DNA of 64,000 nucleotides from NCBI RefSeq assembly GCF_058153355.1, contig NZ_CM177019.1; one strand, 5' to 3'. Shown piece by piece: positions 53,321 to 64,000 of this stretch (position 1 is its first letter; each line of letters starts with the position of its first letter). The notes under the pieces were generated by a model. It saw only the letters and a program-made list of their open reading frames with translations, ran no database searches and was not told where the DNA came from. The position numbers and the translations under genes were made by a program.

Positions 53321-55503
53321 TCTGCCTCCCGAACCAGCCAGATAGTGGCCAGCGGTGGTAGTGTCAGGCTTAGTGAATGCTGACGACCGTGGCTGGCAAT
53401 CTCATCGCTGTGTACCGTGCCGCCATTGCCTGCATTACTGCCGTGATAGTGCATGGAATCGGTATTGAGGATCTCACGCCATTTACCCGGCTGGTTAATG
53501 CCGAAGCGATAATCATGACGCGGCACCGGAGTAAAGTTACTGGCAACGATGATTTCGTTACCCTCTTTATCGCGACGCACAAAGATCAGCACCGAGCGTT
53601 CTTTGTCATCCACCACCAGCCATTCAAAACCGTACGGGTCAAAATCCAGTTCATGCATCGCTTTATGGTGGCGGTAGGTGAGGTTCAGATCGCGCACCAG
53701 ACGCTGGACACCGTGGTGCCAGTTATCGCCGCCTTCCAACAGATGCCAGTCGAGGCTGGCGTCATGGTTCCACTCGCGGCCCTGGGCAAATTCGTTCCCC
53801 ATGAACAGCAGTTTCTTGCCCGGGAATGCCCACATCCAGCCATAGTACGCGCGCAAGTTAGCGAATTTCTGCCATGCGTCGCCTGGCATCCTGTCGAGAA
53901 TCGATTTTTTACCGTGGACCACTTCATCATGCGACAACGGCAGGACGAAGTTTTCAGTGTAGTTGTAGAGCATCCCGAAGGTCAGTTTATCGTGATGATA
54001 CTGACGATAAACCGGGTCGAGCTTCATGTAGTCCAGGGTGTCATGCATCCAGCCTAGGTTCCACTTGTACCAGAAGCCCAGACCGCCCATGTCCTGCGGA
54101 CGAGAAACGCCAGGGAAATCGGTAGACTCCTCCGCCATTGTCACCGCACCGGAAACCTGCTCACCAAGAATACGGTTGGTATTACGCAAGAATTCAATCG
54201 CTTCAAGATTCTCGCGCCCGCCAAATTCGTTCGGGATCCACTCCCCCTCTTTACGGCTGTAGTCACGATAAATCATTGACGCCACCGCATCGACGCGCAG
54301 CGCATCAATACCAAAACGTTCGATCCAGTAAAGCGCGTTACCGACAAGGAAGTTACTGACTTCACGGCGACCATAGTTGTAGATCAGCGTATTCCAGTCC
54401 TGATGATAGCCTTCGCGCGGATCGCTGTGTTCATACAAGTTCGTGCCATCAAATTCGGCAAGCGCAAAGTCATCGGTCGGGAAGTGGCCTGGCACCCAGT
54501 CGAGAATCACGTTCAGACCAGCTGCGTGTGCGGCATCAATGAAATAACGGAAGTCGTCGCGGGTACCAAAACGGCGGGTCGGTGCATACAGGCCGGTTGG
54601 CTGATAACCCCAACTGCCATCGAACGGATGCTCGTTAATGGGCAGCAGTTCGAGGTGGGTAAAGCCCATCCATTTAGCATAAGGCACCAGTTGATCGGCC
54701 AGCTCGCGGTAGCTCAACCAGAAATTGTTGTCGGTGTGGCGACGCCAGGAGCCCAGGTGAACTTCATAAATAGAGATTGGCGCATCAAACTGATTCGCTT
54801 TTTTGCGCTCTTCAGTCTGCACAACCTTTTCCGGCAGCCCGCAAATAAGAGACGCGGTTTCCGGGCGCATTTGCGCTTCGAAGGCATAAGGGTCGGACTT
54901 CAGACGCAAGTTGCCATTGGCATCAATCATCTCGTATTTATAGAGCTGACCGTTATGCGCCCCAGGGATAAACAGTTCCCAGATGCCGCTCTCTTTACGC
55001 AGGCGCATCGGATGACGGCGACCGTCCCAGTAGTTGAATTGCCCAACCACCGAGACCCGACGGGCGTTTGGAGCCCAGACAGAAAAACGCGTACCTGTGA
55101 CGCCATCCATAGTATCTGCATGCGCGCCTAAGGTTTCATATGGGCGCAGATGCGTACCTTCAGATAATAGCCAGGCATCCATTTCCTGGATTAGCGGACC
55201 AAAACGGTAAGGATCATCTATCAGGTTTTGCTGACCATGCCAGACAACAGCCAACTGATAGCGGAAAAAATTCTTACGTCGCGGAATGACACCGCTAAAG
55301 AATCCACGTGAGTCGAGACACTCCAGTTTTGCGAGTTTACGCCCGGTTTTCGGTTCAATCACCCACACATCGGTAGCGTCGGGTAAAAGGGCACGGACTT
55401 CCAGTCCCGCGGTGGTTTTATGCATCCCCAGTACGGAAAAAGGATCCGCAAAATGGCCTGCAATTAGCGCGTTAATCACGTCTCTATCGATACGATCGGA
55501 CAT
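53317..55503 (-). CDS. glgB: 1,4-alpha-glucan branching enzyme
   Basis: 728 aa, [28 protein letters not shown]... Confidence 0.97.
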
Positions 55504-55775
55504 GCTTGTCTTCCTGTTTTATTGTGTCACCCCATCCAACTGAATTTTTGACTTCTGGTTGTGACATTTTTTTGACCTGAACGGCGCAGCACTCTGTGCA
55601 TCCTCTCTGCGTCGTCCTCACTTCAGGTAAGGCTGTGAATACTCATGTATTCAGCCACCCTTAAAGAATAGCCAATGCTCTATTTAACTCCCGGTAAATC
55701 ATGAAACATCTGCGCTTACTCCTGTATTACGCACTAACAGGGGCGGCAACGCGCCCCAGATTTAATGAATAAAGA

Positions 55776-56879
55776 TTACGCCAGTTGACGAAGCATCCGA
55801 CGCAGCGGCTCCGCGGCCCCCCACAGCAGCTGGTCGCCCACGGTAAAGGCTGACAGGAACTCCGGTCCCATATTCAGCTTACGCAAACGGCCTACCGGCG
55901 TGGTCAGCGTGCCGGTAACGGCAGCTGGGGTTAGCTCACGCATAGTGATTTCCCGATCGTTCGGAACGACTTTCGCCCACGGATTGTGCGCAGCCAGCAG
56001 TTCTTCCACGGTCGGAATAGACACATCTTTTTTCAATTTAATAGTGAATGCCTGGCTGTGGCAGCGCAATGCCCCGACACGCACACATAAACCATCTACC
56101 GGAATTACGGAAGATGTGTTGAGGATCTTGTTGGTTTCCGCCTGCCCTTTCCACTCTTCGCGGCTCTGACCGTTATCGAGCTGTTTGTCGATCCACGGAA
56201 TCAGGCTACCCGCCAGCGGCACGCCAAAGTTATCCACCGGCAGCTCACCGCTACGGGTTAAGGTTGTGACTTTGCGTTCGATATCGAGAATAGCAGAGGA
56301 CGGGGTCGCGAGTTCATCTGCCACATGGCCATACAGATGGCCCATCTGGGTTAATAACTCACGCATATGTCGCGCACCACCGCCGGAAGCGGCCTGGTAG
56401 GTTGCAACGGACACCCAATCAACAAGATCATTGGCGAATAAACCACCCAACGACATCAACATCAGGCTTACGGTACAGTTACCGCCAACAAAAGTCCTGA
56501 TGCCATTATTTAATCCGTCGGTAATGACGTCCTGATTGACGGGGTCAAGAATGATGATGGCGTCATCTTTCATGCGCAGAGATGATGCTGCGTCAATCCA
56601 GTAACCTTGCCATCCGCTTTCACGAAGCTTTGGATAGATTTCGTTGGTATAATCGCCGCCCTGACAGGTCACAATGATATCGAGGGCCTTTAGCGCCTCC
56701 AGATCAAAGGCATCCTGAAGTGTGTCAGTGGTTCCGCCAAAAGACGGCGCAGCCTGACCAAGCTGAGAAGTAGAAAAGAAGACAGGGCGAATGGCGTCGA
56801 AGTCGCGCTCTTCAACCATGCGTTGCATGAGAACGGAGCCGACCATACCGCGCCAGCCGATAAAACCAACATTTTTCAT
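55776..56879 (-). CDS. asd: Aspartate-semialdehyde dehydrogenase
   Basis: [28 protein letters not shown]...; ORF-track start 57002 is over-extended. Confidence 0.97.
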
Positions 56880-57071
56880 AAGCGTTTTTTTCCTGCAAAG
56901 ATGTGTGCTGTATAAATGTGCCGGTCTCCTCGTGGCACATCTTTCACCATACAAAAAGCAGCCAAAGTCGCAAGTGAAATTAATCAATGATAGCGAAGCC
57001 ATCAGTAATGCGACTTATCCTGCTTTGTTAGCACGCAGAAAGTCCGCGGCAATTATCAGGGAATTTGAGTT

Positions 57072-57665
57072 ATGAATGAAATCATTTCTGCAGCAGTTTT
57101 ATTGATCCTGATTATGGATCCGCTCGGAAACCTACCTATTTTCATGTCCGTACTGAAACATACTGAACCGAAAAGACGGCGGGCAATCATGGTGCGAGAG
57201 TTGCTTATTGCTCTCCTGGTGATGCTGGTGTTCCTGTTTGCGGGTGAGAAAATTCTGGCATTTCTTAGCCTGCGGGCAGAAACCGTCTCCATTTCTGGCG
57301 GCATCATTCTGTTTCTGATCGCCATTAAGATGATTTTCCCCAGTGCTTCAGGAAATAGCAGCGGGCTTCCGGCAGGTGAAGAGCCGTTTATCGTGCCGTT
57401 GGCAATTCCGTTAGTCGCCGGGCCGACTATTCTCGCCACGCTGATGTTGTTGTCTCATCAGTACCCGAATCAGATGGGACATCTGGTAATTGCTCTGCTA
57501 CTGGCCTGGGGCGGCACCTTTGTTATCCTGCTACAGTCTTCGCTATTTTTACGTCTGCTGGGCGAGAAAGGGGTGAATGCACTTGAACGCCTGATGGGAT
57601 TGATTCTGGTGATGATGGCAACTCAGATGTTCCTCGACGGCATTCGAATGTGGATGAAGGGGTAA
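57072..57665 (+). CDS. yhgN: MarC-family inner membrane protein
   Basis: 197 aa. Confidence 0.9.
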   Translation: MNEIISAAVLLILIMDPLGNLPIFMSVLKHTEPKRRRAIMVRELLIALLVMLVFLFAGEKILAFLSLRAETVSISGGIILFLIAIKMIFPSASGNSSGLPAGEEPFIVPLAIPLVAGPTILATLMLLSHQYPNQMGHLVIALLLAWGGTFVILLQSSLFLRLLGEKGVNALERLMGLILVMMATQMFLDGIRMWMKG

Positions 57666-57721
57666 CGAGGAGAGTTTTTCGAAAAGAGCCCGGTAGCGTC
57701 ACAACTACCGGGCGAACAAAC

Positions 57722-59062
57722 TTAACTCAACAGCTGGAACGCAATCATCCCGACGATGGCACCAACGGTGCCGAGGATGGTTTCCATCATGGTCCAGGTT
57801 TTCAGCGTTTCGGCTTCGGTCGCGCCGGTAAATTTACCGAACAACCAGAAACCGGCGTCGTTAACGTGGCTGACAACAATCGAACCACCGGCGATACAAA
57901 TCGACAGCGCCGCCATTTGCGCACCGGAGTAGTTCAGTTGTTCAATAACCGGCATCACCAGTCCCACCGCCGTTAAACAGGCAACGGTGGCAGAACCCTG
58001 AATGATACGCACCGCCGCAGCCAGCACAAAGCAGGTGATGGCAATCGGCAGGCCCATGCCGGTTAACGCTTCGCCCAGCGCCGGACCTACGCCAGAGTCA
58101 ACCAGCACCTGTTTGAACACGCCGCCTGCACCAATCACCAGCAGAATAATCCCCGCCGGTTGCAGCGCGTGACCGCAAATCTCCATCACTTTGTCTTTCG
58201 GCATACCCTGACGCATCGCCAGGCCGTAAATTGCTACCAGGCAAGCGACCAGAATTGCGGTAAACGGATGACCGATAAACTCGAACCATTCGTAAGCGGT
58301 AGAGCCTTCCGGCACAAAACGCGCGGCAATGGTTTTCAGCCCCACCAGCACCAGCGGCAGCAGGATCAGCGACAGGCTGAATCCGAAGGACGGCATTTTG
58401 CCTTCGCCGAGATGCGGTTCGCTGATATCGTCAGGAATATGCAGCTCCACGTAGCGGCTGATGAAATTACCCCACAGCGGCCCGGCAATAATCATTCCCG
58501 GGATTGCCGCACACAGGCCAATCAGGATCATCCAGCCAAAGTCAGCGTTCATCTGCGATGCCAATAGCATTGGCGCAGGCCCCGGCACCAGGAACGCCGC
58601 CGCTGCCGCCACGCCTGCGAATAATGGGATTACCAGTTTCACCAGGTTCGTACCGGTGTGGCGCGCCATTGAGAAAGCAACGCTAATCAACAGGACAATC
58701 GCCACTTCAAAGAACAGCGGTAGCGCACAGACCAGACCCGCAAGGCCAATGGCATAATGCGCACGACTGTGACCGAAGGATTTGAGCATTTTGACGGCAA
58801 TCTGATCGACTGCGCCGGTTTCATGTAAGATCTTGCCAAACATGGCTCCCAGGGCGACAACTACCGCCAGGAAGCCGAGGGTGCCTCCCATCCCTTTTTC
58901 CATCGTCGCTGCGATTTTATCGAGCGGCATGCCGGAAAAAAGGCCAGCCCCCATAGACACCACCATCAAAGCCAGGAAAGCGTGCATACGCGCCTTCATG
59001 ACTAAAAACAGCAGCAGTAAAACAGACCCTACTGCTGTTAAAACAAGCGTTAATGTAGTCAC
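57722..59062 (-). CDS. gntU: Low-affinity gluconate transporter
   Basis: 446-aa GntP-family permease. Confidence 0.93.
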   Translation of the reverse strand: MTTLTLVLTAVGSVLLLLFLVMKARMHAFLALMVVSMGAGLFSGMPLDKIAATMEKGMGGTLGFLAVVVALGAMFGKILHETGAVDQIAVKMLKSFGHSRAHYAIGLAGLVCALPLFFEVAIVLLISVAFSMARHTGTNLVKLVIPLFAGVAAAAAFLVPGPAPMLLASQMNADFGWMILIGLCAAIPGMIIAGPLWGNFISRYVELHIPDDISEPHLGEGKMPSFGFSLSLILLPLVLVGLKTIAARFVPEGSTAYEWFEFIGHPFTAILVACLVAIYGLAMRQGMPKDKVMEICGHALQPAGIILLVIGAGGVFKQVLVDSGVGPALGEALTGMGLPIAITCFVLAAAVRIIQGSATVACLTAVGLVMPVIEQLNYSGAQMAALSICIAGGSIVVSHVNDAGFWLFGKFTGATEAETLKTWTMMETILGTVGAIVGMIAFQLLS

Positions 59063-59065
59063 TAC

Positions 59066-59593
59066 TTATTTGCCTTTATTAATAACCTCAATGGTGCTTG
59101 CCACAACACCTTCCAGCGGTTGATCGATATCCACCACCAGTACATCGGTTTCGTCCGCACCCGGCTCCTGCAGCGTTTCAAACTGCGTCACCAGCATTTG
59201 GGTTTTAAAGAAATGGCCTTTGCGCGCTTTCAGACGGCTTTCAATTACATCAAAATCGCCTTTCAGGTAGATGAAAGAGAGATTCGGATTACCTTCACGC
59301 AGCAGGTCGCGATAGTGCTTTTTCAGTGCAGAACAGACGATCAGCGACACTTTATTGGTGCGCTGCATGGCAAACGCGGCGTCGTTAAGCGCCTGTAACC
59401 ACGGTTTGCGATCGTCGTCATTCAGCGGTTCGCCAGACGCCATTTTTTCGATATTGCAGCGCGGATGGAGGAAATCGCCATCAAGAAACGCGGCATGAAG
59501 TTGATGCGCCACTTCACTGGCGACTGCAGATTTGCCGCTGCCCGATACGCCCATCAAGACGTAAATGTGGTGATCATGGTTAGTCGTGCTCAA
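59066..59593 (-). CDS. gntK: Gluconokinase (thermoresistant)
   Basis: ...STTNHDHHIYVLMGVSGSGKSAVASEV...; probable TTG start. Confidence 0.93.
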   Translation of the reverse strand: MSTTNHDHHIYVLMGVSGSGKSAVASEVAHQLHAAFLDGDFLHPRCNIEKMASGEPLNDDDRKPWLQALNDAAFAMQRTNKVSLIVCSALKKHYRDLLREGNPNLSFIYLKGDFDVIESRLKARKGHFFKTQMLVTQFETLQEPGADETDVLVVDIDQPLEGVVASTIEVINKGK

Positions 59594-59732
59594 AGTGGTG
59601 CCCCCACAATACAAGAATCAGAAAATGTTACGGGTAACTGTTATCGGTAACATTGTCAAGCCGGACAAAAACAGAAGCAATATCCATCCGTGCCTTAAGT
59701 GTATAAGTGTGAGCTACTTCAAATTTGTGAGC

Positions 59733-60728
59733 TTAAATAGATCCGCCTGGTGACAAGGTGAAACCTAAATCTAACATTTTCGGTGTCACAGATTCGCCAC
59801 GAATACGCGCCAGCAGGCGCTCAGCGCCAATGCTGCCCATCCGCTCACGCGGCGTCAGCACGCTCGCCAGCCGTGGCTCCATCACCTGACCAATGTCATG
59901 ACCGTGGAAACCGGCAATCGCCATATCGTCAGGAACTTTCAGCCCCAGACGCTGACATTCAAACGCCGCGCCGACCGCCAGGTCATCATTAGTACAAAAT
60001 ACGCCATCCAACTGCGGATATTCCCGCCGCGCCTGGCGAATCAGTTCAATACCGGAAGAGTAAGAAGAAGATTGCTCGACCATCACGCTATACGGCACCA
60101 GGCCTGCATCCAGCATCGCCTGCTCATATCCCTTCTGTTTGATGATAGTACGTTCGTCGAGGCGTGCGCCGAGATAGGCAATGTGACGATGCCCGCGAGC
60201 AATAATGGCGGTGGTCATCTGGCGTGCCGCTTCAAAGTTATCAAAACCGACGGCGATATCGAGACACGGCGACTTACTGTCCATCAGCTCCACCACCGGA
60301 ATACCCGCTACTTCAATCATCTTTAAGGTGCGGGGCGTGTGGGTACGTTCGGTGAGAATAAGTCCGTCGATATTCCAGGAAAGCATTGATTCGAGGCGTT
60401 CTTGCTCCATTTCCGGTTTATAACCGTAGTGCGCCAGCATCGTCTGATAACCGTGTGCGTCGGTGACGCTTTCGATACCGCGTAATACTTCAGCGAAAAC
60501 CTGGTTGGTGAGTGAAGGTAACAGGACGCCAATCGCCCGGCTGGTGGCGTTAGAGAGGATATCGGGCGCGCGATTGGGAATATAACCCAGTTCATCAAGA
60601 GCGGCGGCAATCTTGCCACGTAGAGCGACGGAAACCTGCTCCGGGTTGCGTAAAAAACGGCTGACCGTCATTTTGGTCACGCCAACACGGTCAGCCACAT
60701 CCTGAAGTACGGGTCTTTTCTTTTTCAT
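59733..60728 (-). CDS. gntR: LacI-family gluconate repressor
   Basis: 331 aa, N-terminal HTH. Confidence 0.95.
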   Translation of the reverse strand: MKKKRPVLQDVADRVGVTKMTVSRFLRNPEQVSVALRGKIAAALDELGYIPNRAPDILSNATSRAIGVLLPSLTNQVFAEVLRGIESVTDAHGYQTMLAHYGYKPEMEQERLESMLSWNIDGLILTERTHTPRTLKMIEVAGIPVVELMDSKSPCLDIAVGFDNFEAARQMTTAIIARGHRHIAYLGARLDERTIIKQKGYEQAMLDAGLVPYSVMVEQSSSYSSGIELIRQARREYPQLDGVFCTNDDLAVGAAFECQRLGLKVPDDMAIAGFHGHDIGQVMEPRLASVLTPRERMGSIGAERLLARIRGESVTPKMLDLGFTLSPGGSI

Positions 60729-60951
60729 CGTCCTGAAGGTACAAAAGAGATAGATTCTCTTAGTTTAACACGGACGCATCAGAACCTTCCCGGAGAAAAC
60801 AGTGCTTGTTTACAATAATTAGATATACACTAAATCAATTGCATCGCATTGTGCTAAAGACGCGACAAAACCCCGGTCGCGTACATCAGCACGCGACCGG
60901 GGCGAGCGATGAAGCCCGCAAAAAGGCAGGCTTCAAAAATGCCGTTAAGTT

Positions 60952-61647
60952 TTAAACCGGCGGCAGATCGAACAGTAACACTTCGCTGTCGCTGTCAGCG
61001 TGGATGGAGATTGCCTGCTCATCCCAGATTGCCAGACCATCGCTGGTCGAGGCTTTCACGCCGTTAATGGTAACATTGCCTTTCACTACCTGAATCCAGA
61101 CGCGGCGTTCAGCGGCAATCTGATGAATCGACTGCTCATCTTTTACCAGCGCCCAGCGGTATAGCTCCATATCCTGATGCACTTTCAATGAACCATCTCG
61201 CGCATCCGGCGAGAGCACCAGCTGTTTACCCTGTACGGCATCAAAGCGACGCTGTTCATAACGCGGCGTAATACCGTTTTCTTCTGGCATGATCCAGATC
61301 TGATACAGGTGCAGACGCTCAGTGCTGCTTGGGTTGTACTCTGAGTGACGAATACCCGTACCCGCACTCATAATCTGGAACTCGCCCGCCGGAACCTGCT
61401 CTTTATTGCCCATGCTGTCCTGATGCTCAACAGTACCTTCCAGCACGTAGGTCAAAATTTCCATATCTTTATGCGGGTGAGTGCCGAAGCCCTGCCCTGC
61501 TTCAATCACGTCGTCGTTAATCACGCGCAGCGCGGAGAAGCCCATAAAGTTCGGGTCGTAATAGTTGGCAAAAGAGAAAGTATGCCAGGAGTCCAGCCAG
61601 CCATGATTTGCATGACCACGTTCATTTGCTTTGCGTAAGTAGATCAT
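60952..61647 (-). CDS. yhhW: Pirin-like quercetin 2,3-dioxygenase
   Basis: 231-aa cupin. Confidence 0.9.
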   Translation of the reverse strand: MIYLRKANERGHANHGWLDSWHTFSFANYYDPNFMGFSALRVINDDVIEAGQGFGTHPHKDMEILTYVLEGTVEHQDSMGNKEQVPAGEFQIMSAGTGIRHSEYNPSSTERLHLYQIWIMPEENGITPRYEQRRFDAVQGKQLVLSPDARDGSLKVHQDMELYRWALVKDEQSIHQIAAERRVWIQVVKGNVTINGVKASTSDGLAIWDEQAISIHADSDSEVLLFDLPPV

Positions 61648-61770
61648 TTGTATTCGCCCCCTGAATGATTTCGATGGGCTTAGTGTGGACCCGATCCGCC
61701 TGGGATGATAGAGGGTGAAAATTGACCCCTCTGTTCAAAAAAATTGAACTATTCGAGAGGTCCATCAAAC

Positions 61771-62808
61771 TTACTTCGCAAGAGTCACTGTGGAGGGAGA
61801 GGCTTGCTCAAAACCGCGTTCAAGGATTTCCAGATTGGTAAGAACTTCAGATTCCTTGACGTAATTTGGTGCACCGTTGGTGATGGTTTGATACAACGCA
61901 TCATAAACGCGCCCATAATCGCCCATCTCTGGCTTCATCTCTTCTCTGACCGTAACGCCCTCGTCATTGACATACTCCAGCACACCGACCGAATCATCCG
62001 CTGCGAATCCCGGCTCGCCCGGCATAATATTAGCCTTCAGGCTGGTTTCCTGCTGGTCGATACCGTATTTAATAAACGAACCTTTCTTACCGTGAACGAT
62101 AAATTTCGGATAATCGATTTTCACCAGATGGCTGGTTTTGACGATGGCTTTTAGATCGCCATAAAACAGCTGCGCTTCGAAGGTGTCGTCAGGATTGGCT
62201 TTATTACGCAGGCTGCGGATGTCATAAGCGACGTGATCCGGGCGACCGAACAGCGAGATAATCTGGTCCATCGTATGCACACCAAGGCCATAGAACGCGC
62301 CATCCTGCGGCAGCCCGGGTTTGGTTTCTGCCACCGGGCGGTAATAGTCAAAATGGCTTTCCATTTCAACAATCTCTCCCAGCTTGCCGCTTTCAATCGC
62401 TTTTTTCGCCGTCAGAAAACAGGAATCAAAGCGACGATTCTGATACGGCGTGACGGTCAGCCCTTTACTTTTCGCCAGCGCAAAAAGTTCTTTCGCCTGC
62501 GCAAGCGTCGGAGTGAATGGTTTTTCGACCAGCACATTTTTCCCGGCTTCCAGCGCGCGTTTCGCGTACTCGAAGTGGCTGTCCGCATGAGTGCAGACGA
62601 CAATCAACTTAACGTCGGGATCGTTTAGCACTTCGTCGAGATCGCTGGTGAAATGAATATGGGAATAAATGGGAGCCTGTTCTTCCGGCTTCGCATGGCG
62701 GCGAAAAATATGCGCGACATGCCAGCTATCCTTGCGGTTAAGTACATACGGCAGATGGTAACGGGTGGTGCTTTTGCCGAAGCCAATAAAGGCGCAGTTG
62801 ATGACCAT
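61771..62808 (-). CDS. yhhX: Gfo/Idh/MocA-family oxidoreductase
   Basis: 345 aa, Rossmann N-terminus. Confidence 0.9.
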   Translation of the reverse strand: MVINCAFIGFGKSTTRYHLPYVLNRKDSWHVAHIFRRHAKPEEQAPIYSHIHFTSDLDEVLNDPDVKLIVVCTHADSHFEYAKRALEAGKNVLVEKPFTPTLAQAKELFALAKSKGLTVTPYQNRRFDSCFLTAKKAIESGKLGEIVEMESHFDYYRPVAETKPGLPQDGAFYGLGVHTMDQIISLFGRPDHVAYDIRSLRNKANPDDTFEAQLFYGDLKAIVKTSHLVKIDYPKFIVHGKKGSFIKYGIDQQETSLKANIMPGEPGFAADDSVGVLEYVNDEGVTVREEMKPEMGDYGRVYDALYQTITNGAPNYVKESEVLTNLEILERGFEQASPSTVTLAK

Positions 62809-62930
62809 GATTTCGTCCTTTTTAAGGGGGTTATTTACACCTTAGCGCAAAGCGGACGCGGTTCCTACAGGAGTGCGCATAACAAACACAAGCACTTCCC
62901 GTGGATAAATTGAGAACGAAAGGTCAAAAA

Positions 62931-63020
62931 AAAAGCCAGCACCCGGCTGGCTAAGTAATACTGGAAGCAATGTGAGCAATGTCGTGCTTTCAGGTTCTCC
63001 GCGAGGGTCTTCCTGATCGC
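62931..63020 (-). ncRNA. ryhB: RyhB small RNA (Fur-repressed iron-sparing sRNA)
   Basis: Reverse complement reads GCGATCAGGAAGACCCTCGCGGAGAACCTGAAAGCACGACATTGCTCACATTGCTTCCAGTATTACTTAGCCAGCCGGGTGCTGGCTTTT with terminator hairpin and U-tail; sits in the yhhX-yhhY intergenic region. Confidence 0.92.
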
Positions 63021-63023
63021 GAG

Positions 63024-63045
63024 ACAATAATAATCATTCTCATTC
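63024..63045 (-). promoter_or_regulatory. Fur box in ryhB promoter
   Basis: acaataataatcattctcatt immediately upstream of the RyhB 5' end. Confidence 0.7.
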
Positions 63046-63141
63046 GCACTTGTCCAACACTTTTTGCAAAAAAATGCATTTGACTCGCATTTGAAAGTCA
63101 ATGATGTTGAAAGGGACATTTACCCCAAAGAGGACAAAGGA

Positions 63142-63630
63142 ATGAGTGAGATAGTAATACGCCACGCAGAAACACGGGATTACGAGGCCATCAGGCAAAT
63201 TCACGCCCAACCGGAGGTGTATTACAACACGCTACAACTACCTCATCCTTCGGAAGGCTGGTGGCCAGAAAGATTGAAAGATCGCCAGGGATTTAAACAA
63301 CTGGTTGCCTGCATTGATAGTATCGTGGTGGGTCATCTTTTCGTGGAAGCTTATCAAGGCCCACGTCGCAGTCATGTTGCAACTTTTGGTATCTGTGTTG
63401 ACTCCCGCTGGCACAACCGTGGCATCGCCAGCGCCCTGATCCGCGAATTGATTGAAATGTGCGACAACTGGTTACGGATAGATCGTATTGAGTTGACGGT
63501 GTTTGCGGATAACGCCCCAGCAATCGCAGTCTATAAAAAATTCGGATTTCTCATAGAAGGTACCGGCAAAAATTACGCTTTTCGTAATGGCGAATATGTC
63601 GATGCGTATTATATGGCGCGGGTGAAATAG
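63142..63630 (+). CDS. yhhY: GNAT-family N-acetyltransferase
   Basis: MSEIVIRHAETRDYEAIRQIHAQPEVY...; ORF-track start 63064 is over-extended. Confidence 0.88.
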   Translation: MSEIVIRHAETRDYEAIRQIHAQPEVYYNTLQLPHPSEGWWPERLKDRQGFKQLVACIDSIVVGHLFVEAYQGPRRSHVATFGICVDSRWHNRGIASALIRELIEMCDNWLRIDRIELTVFADNAPAIAVYKKFGFLIEGTGKNYAFRNGEYVDAYYMARVK

Positions 63631-63644
63631 AGAATTTGTAATCT

Positions 63645-63675
63645 AAAAGCCCTCACCTACCTGGAGAGGGCTTAA
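63645..63675. terminator. Bidirectional terminator between yhhY and ggt
   Basis: aaaagccctc-acctacctg-gagagggctt. Confidence 0.6.
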
Positions 63676-63679
63676 GATA

Positions 63680-64000
63680 TTAATACCCCGCCGTTAAATC
63701 ATCTACCGAACGTGGGTCGGATGCGCCGTATAACTCACCGTCCGGCCCAACCATAATACTTTGCGTACTGCCCATCGCCTCTTTTAGCGCCACTTTCTGA
63801 CCTTTTGCTTCCAGCAGCTTGAGCGTATCCGGGCTAAATCCTTTCTCGACACGCAGCTCGTCCGGCAGCCACTGATGGTGGAAACGCGGCGCATTGGTTG
63901 CTTCGGCGACATTCATGCCATAATCGATGCTGTTCACCACCATTTGCAGCACAGTGGTGATAATTCGGCTTCCGCCAGGGCTACCGGTCACCAGCCAGGT
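63680..64000 (-). CDS. ggt: Gamma-glutamyltranspeptidase, C-terminal part (gene continues beyond window end)
   Basis: ...TGSPGGSRIITTVLQMVVNSIDYGMNVAEATNAPRFHHQWLPDELRVEKGFS... Confidence 0.9.
   Translation of the reverse strand, partial: TWLVTGSPGGSRIITTVLQMVVNSIDYGMNVAEATNAPRFHHQWLPDELRVEKGFSPDTLKLLEAKGQKVALKEAMGSTQSIMVGPDGELYGASDPRSVDDLTAGY

Noticed and set aside
53377-55131. Plus-strand ORFs of 226 and 242 aa overlapping glgB
   Set aside because: Antisense to glgB
50034-57002. N-terminal extensions in ORF-track versions of glgC, asd, phoU, tnaA, yhhY, yieE and yidZ
   Set aside because: Longest-ORF artefacts; conserved protein N-termini start at internal start codons

Overview
Enterobacterial (Escherichia/Shigella-type) chromosome. 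The left part carries a fimbrial operon, pstSCAB-phoU, yieH-adeP-yieF-yieE-yidZ-mdtL, tnaCAB, mnmE-yidC-yidD-rnpA-rpmH, dnaA-dnaN-recF-gyrB, yidB-yidA-yidX and dgoRKA(D). An IS4 copy then joins it directly to glgPACXB-asd-yhgN-gntUKR-yhhW-yhhX-ryhB-yhhY-ggt, which I recall lying about 300 kb away in E. coli K-12. Core genes were recognised by reading the translated ORFs; all identities are from memory of protein families, with no database search. Accessory content: (1) two inverted IS4 copies, 21-1446 with an intact 13-bp target duplication and 44675-46100 without one, the latter truncating dgoD; (2) a four-gene chaperone-usher fimbrial operon upstream of pstS; (3) an AT-rich ~5 kb island between phoU and yieH with two divergently transcribed pentapeptide-repeat protein genes plus a decayed paralog; (4) an AT-rich ~2.5 kb insert between tnaC and mnmE encoding an ankyrin-like protein split by a frameshift. 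Items 3 and 4 are the best candidates for an uncharacterised system; they look like secreted-effector-type cargo rather than a recognisable defence system, and I cannot assign function from sequence alone. The ryhB sRNA, tnaC leader peptide and rpmH are present but absent from the ORF track. No tRNA, rRNA, CRISPR array or oriC was seen.
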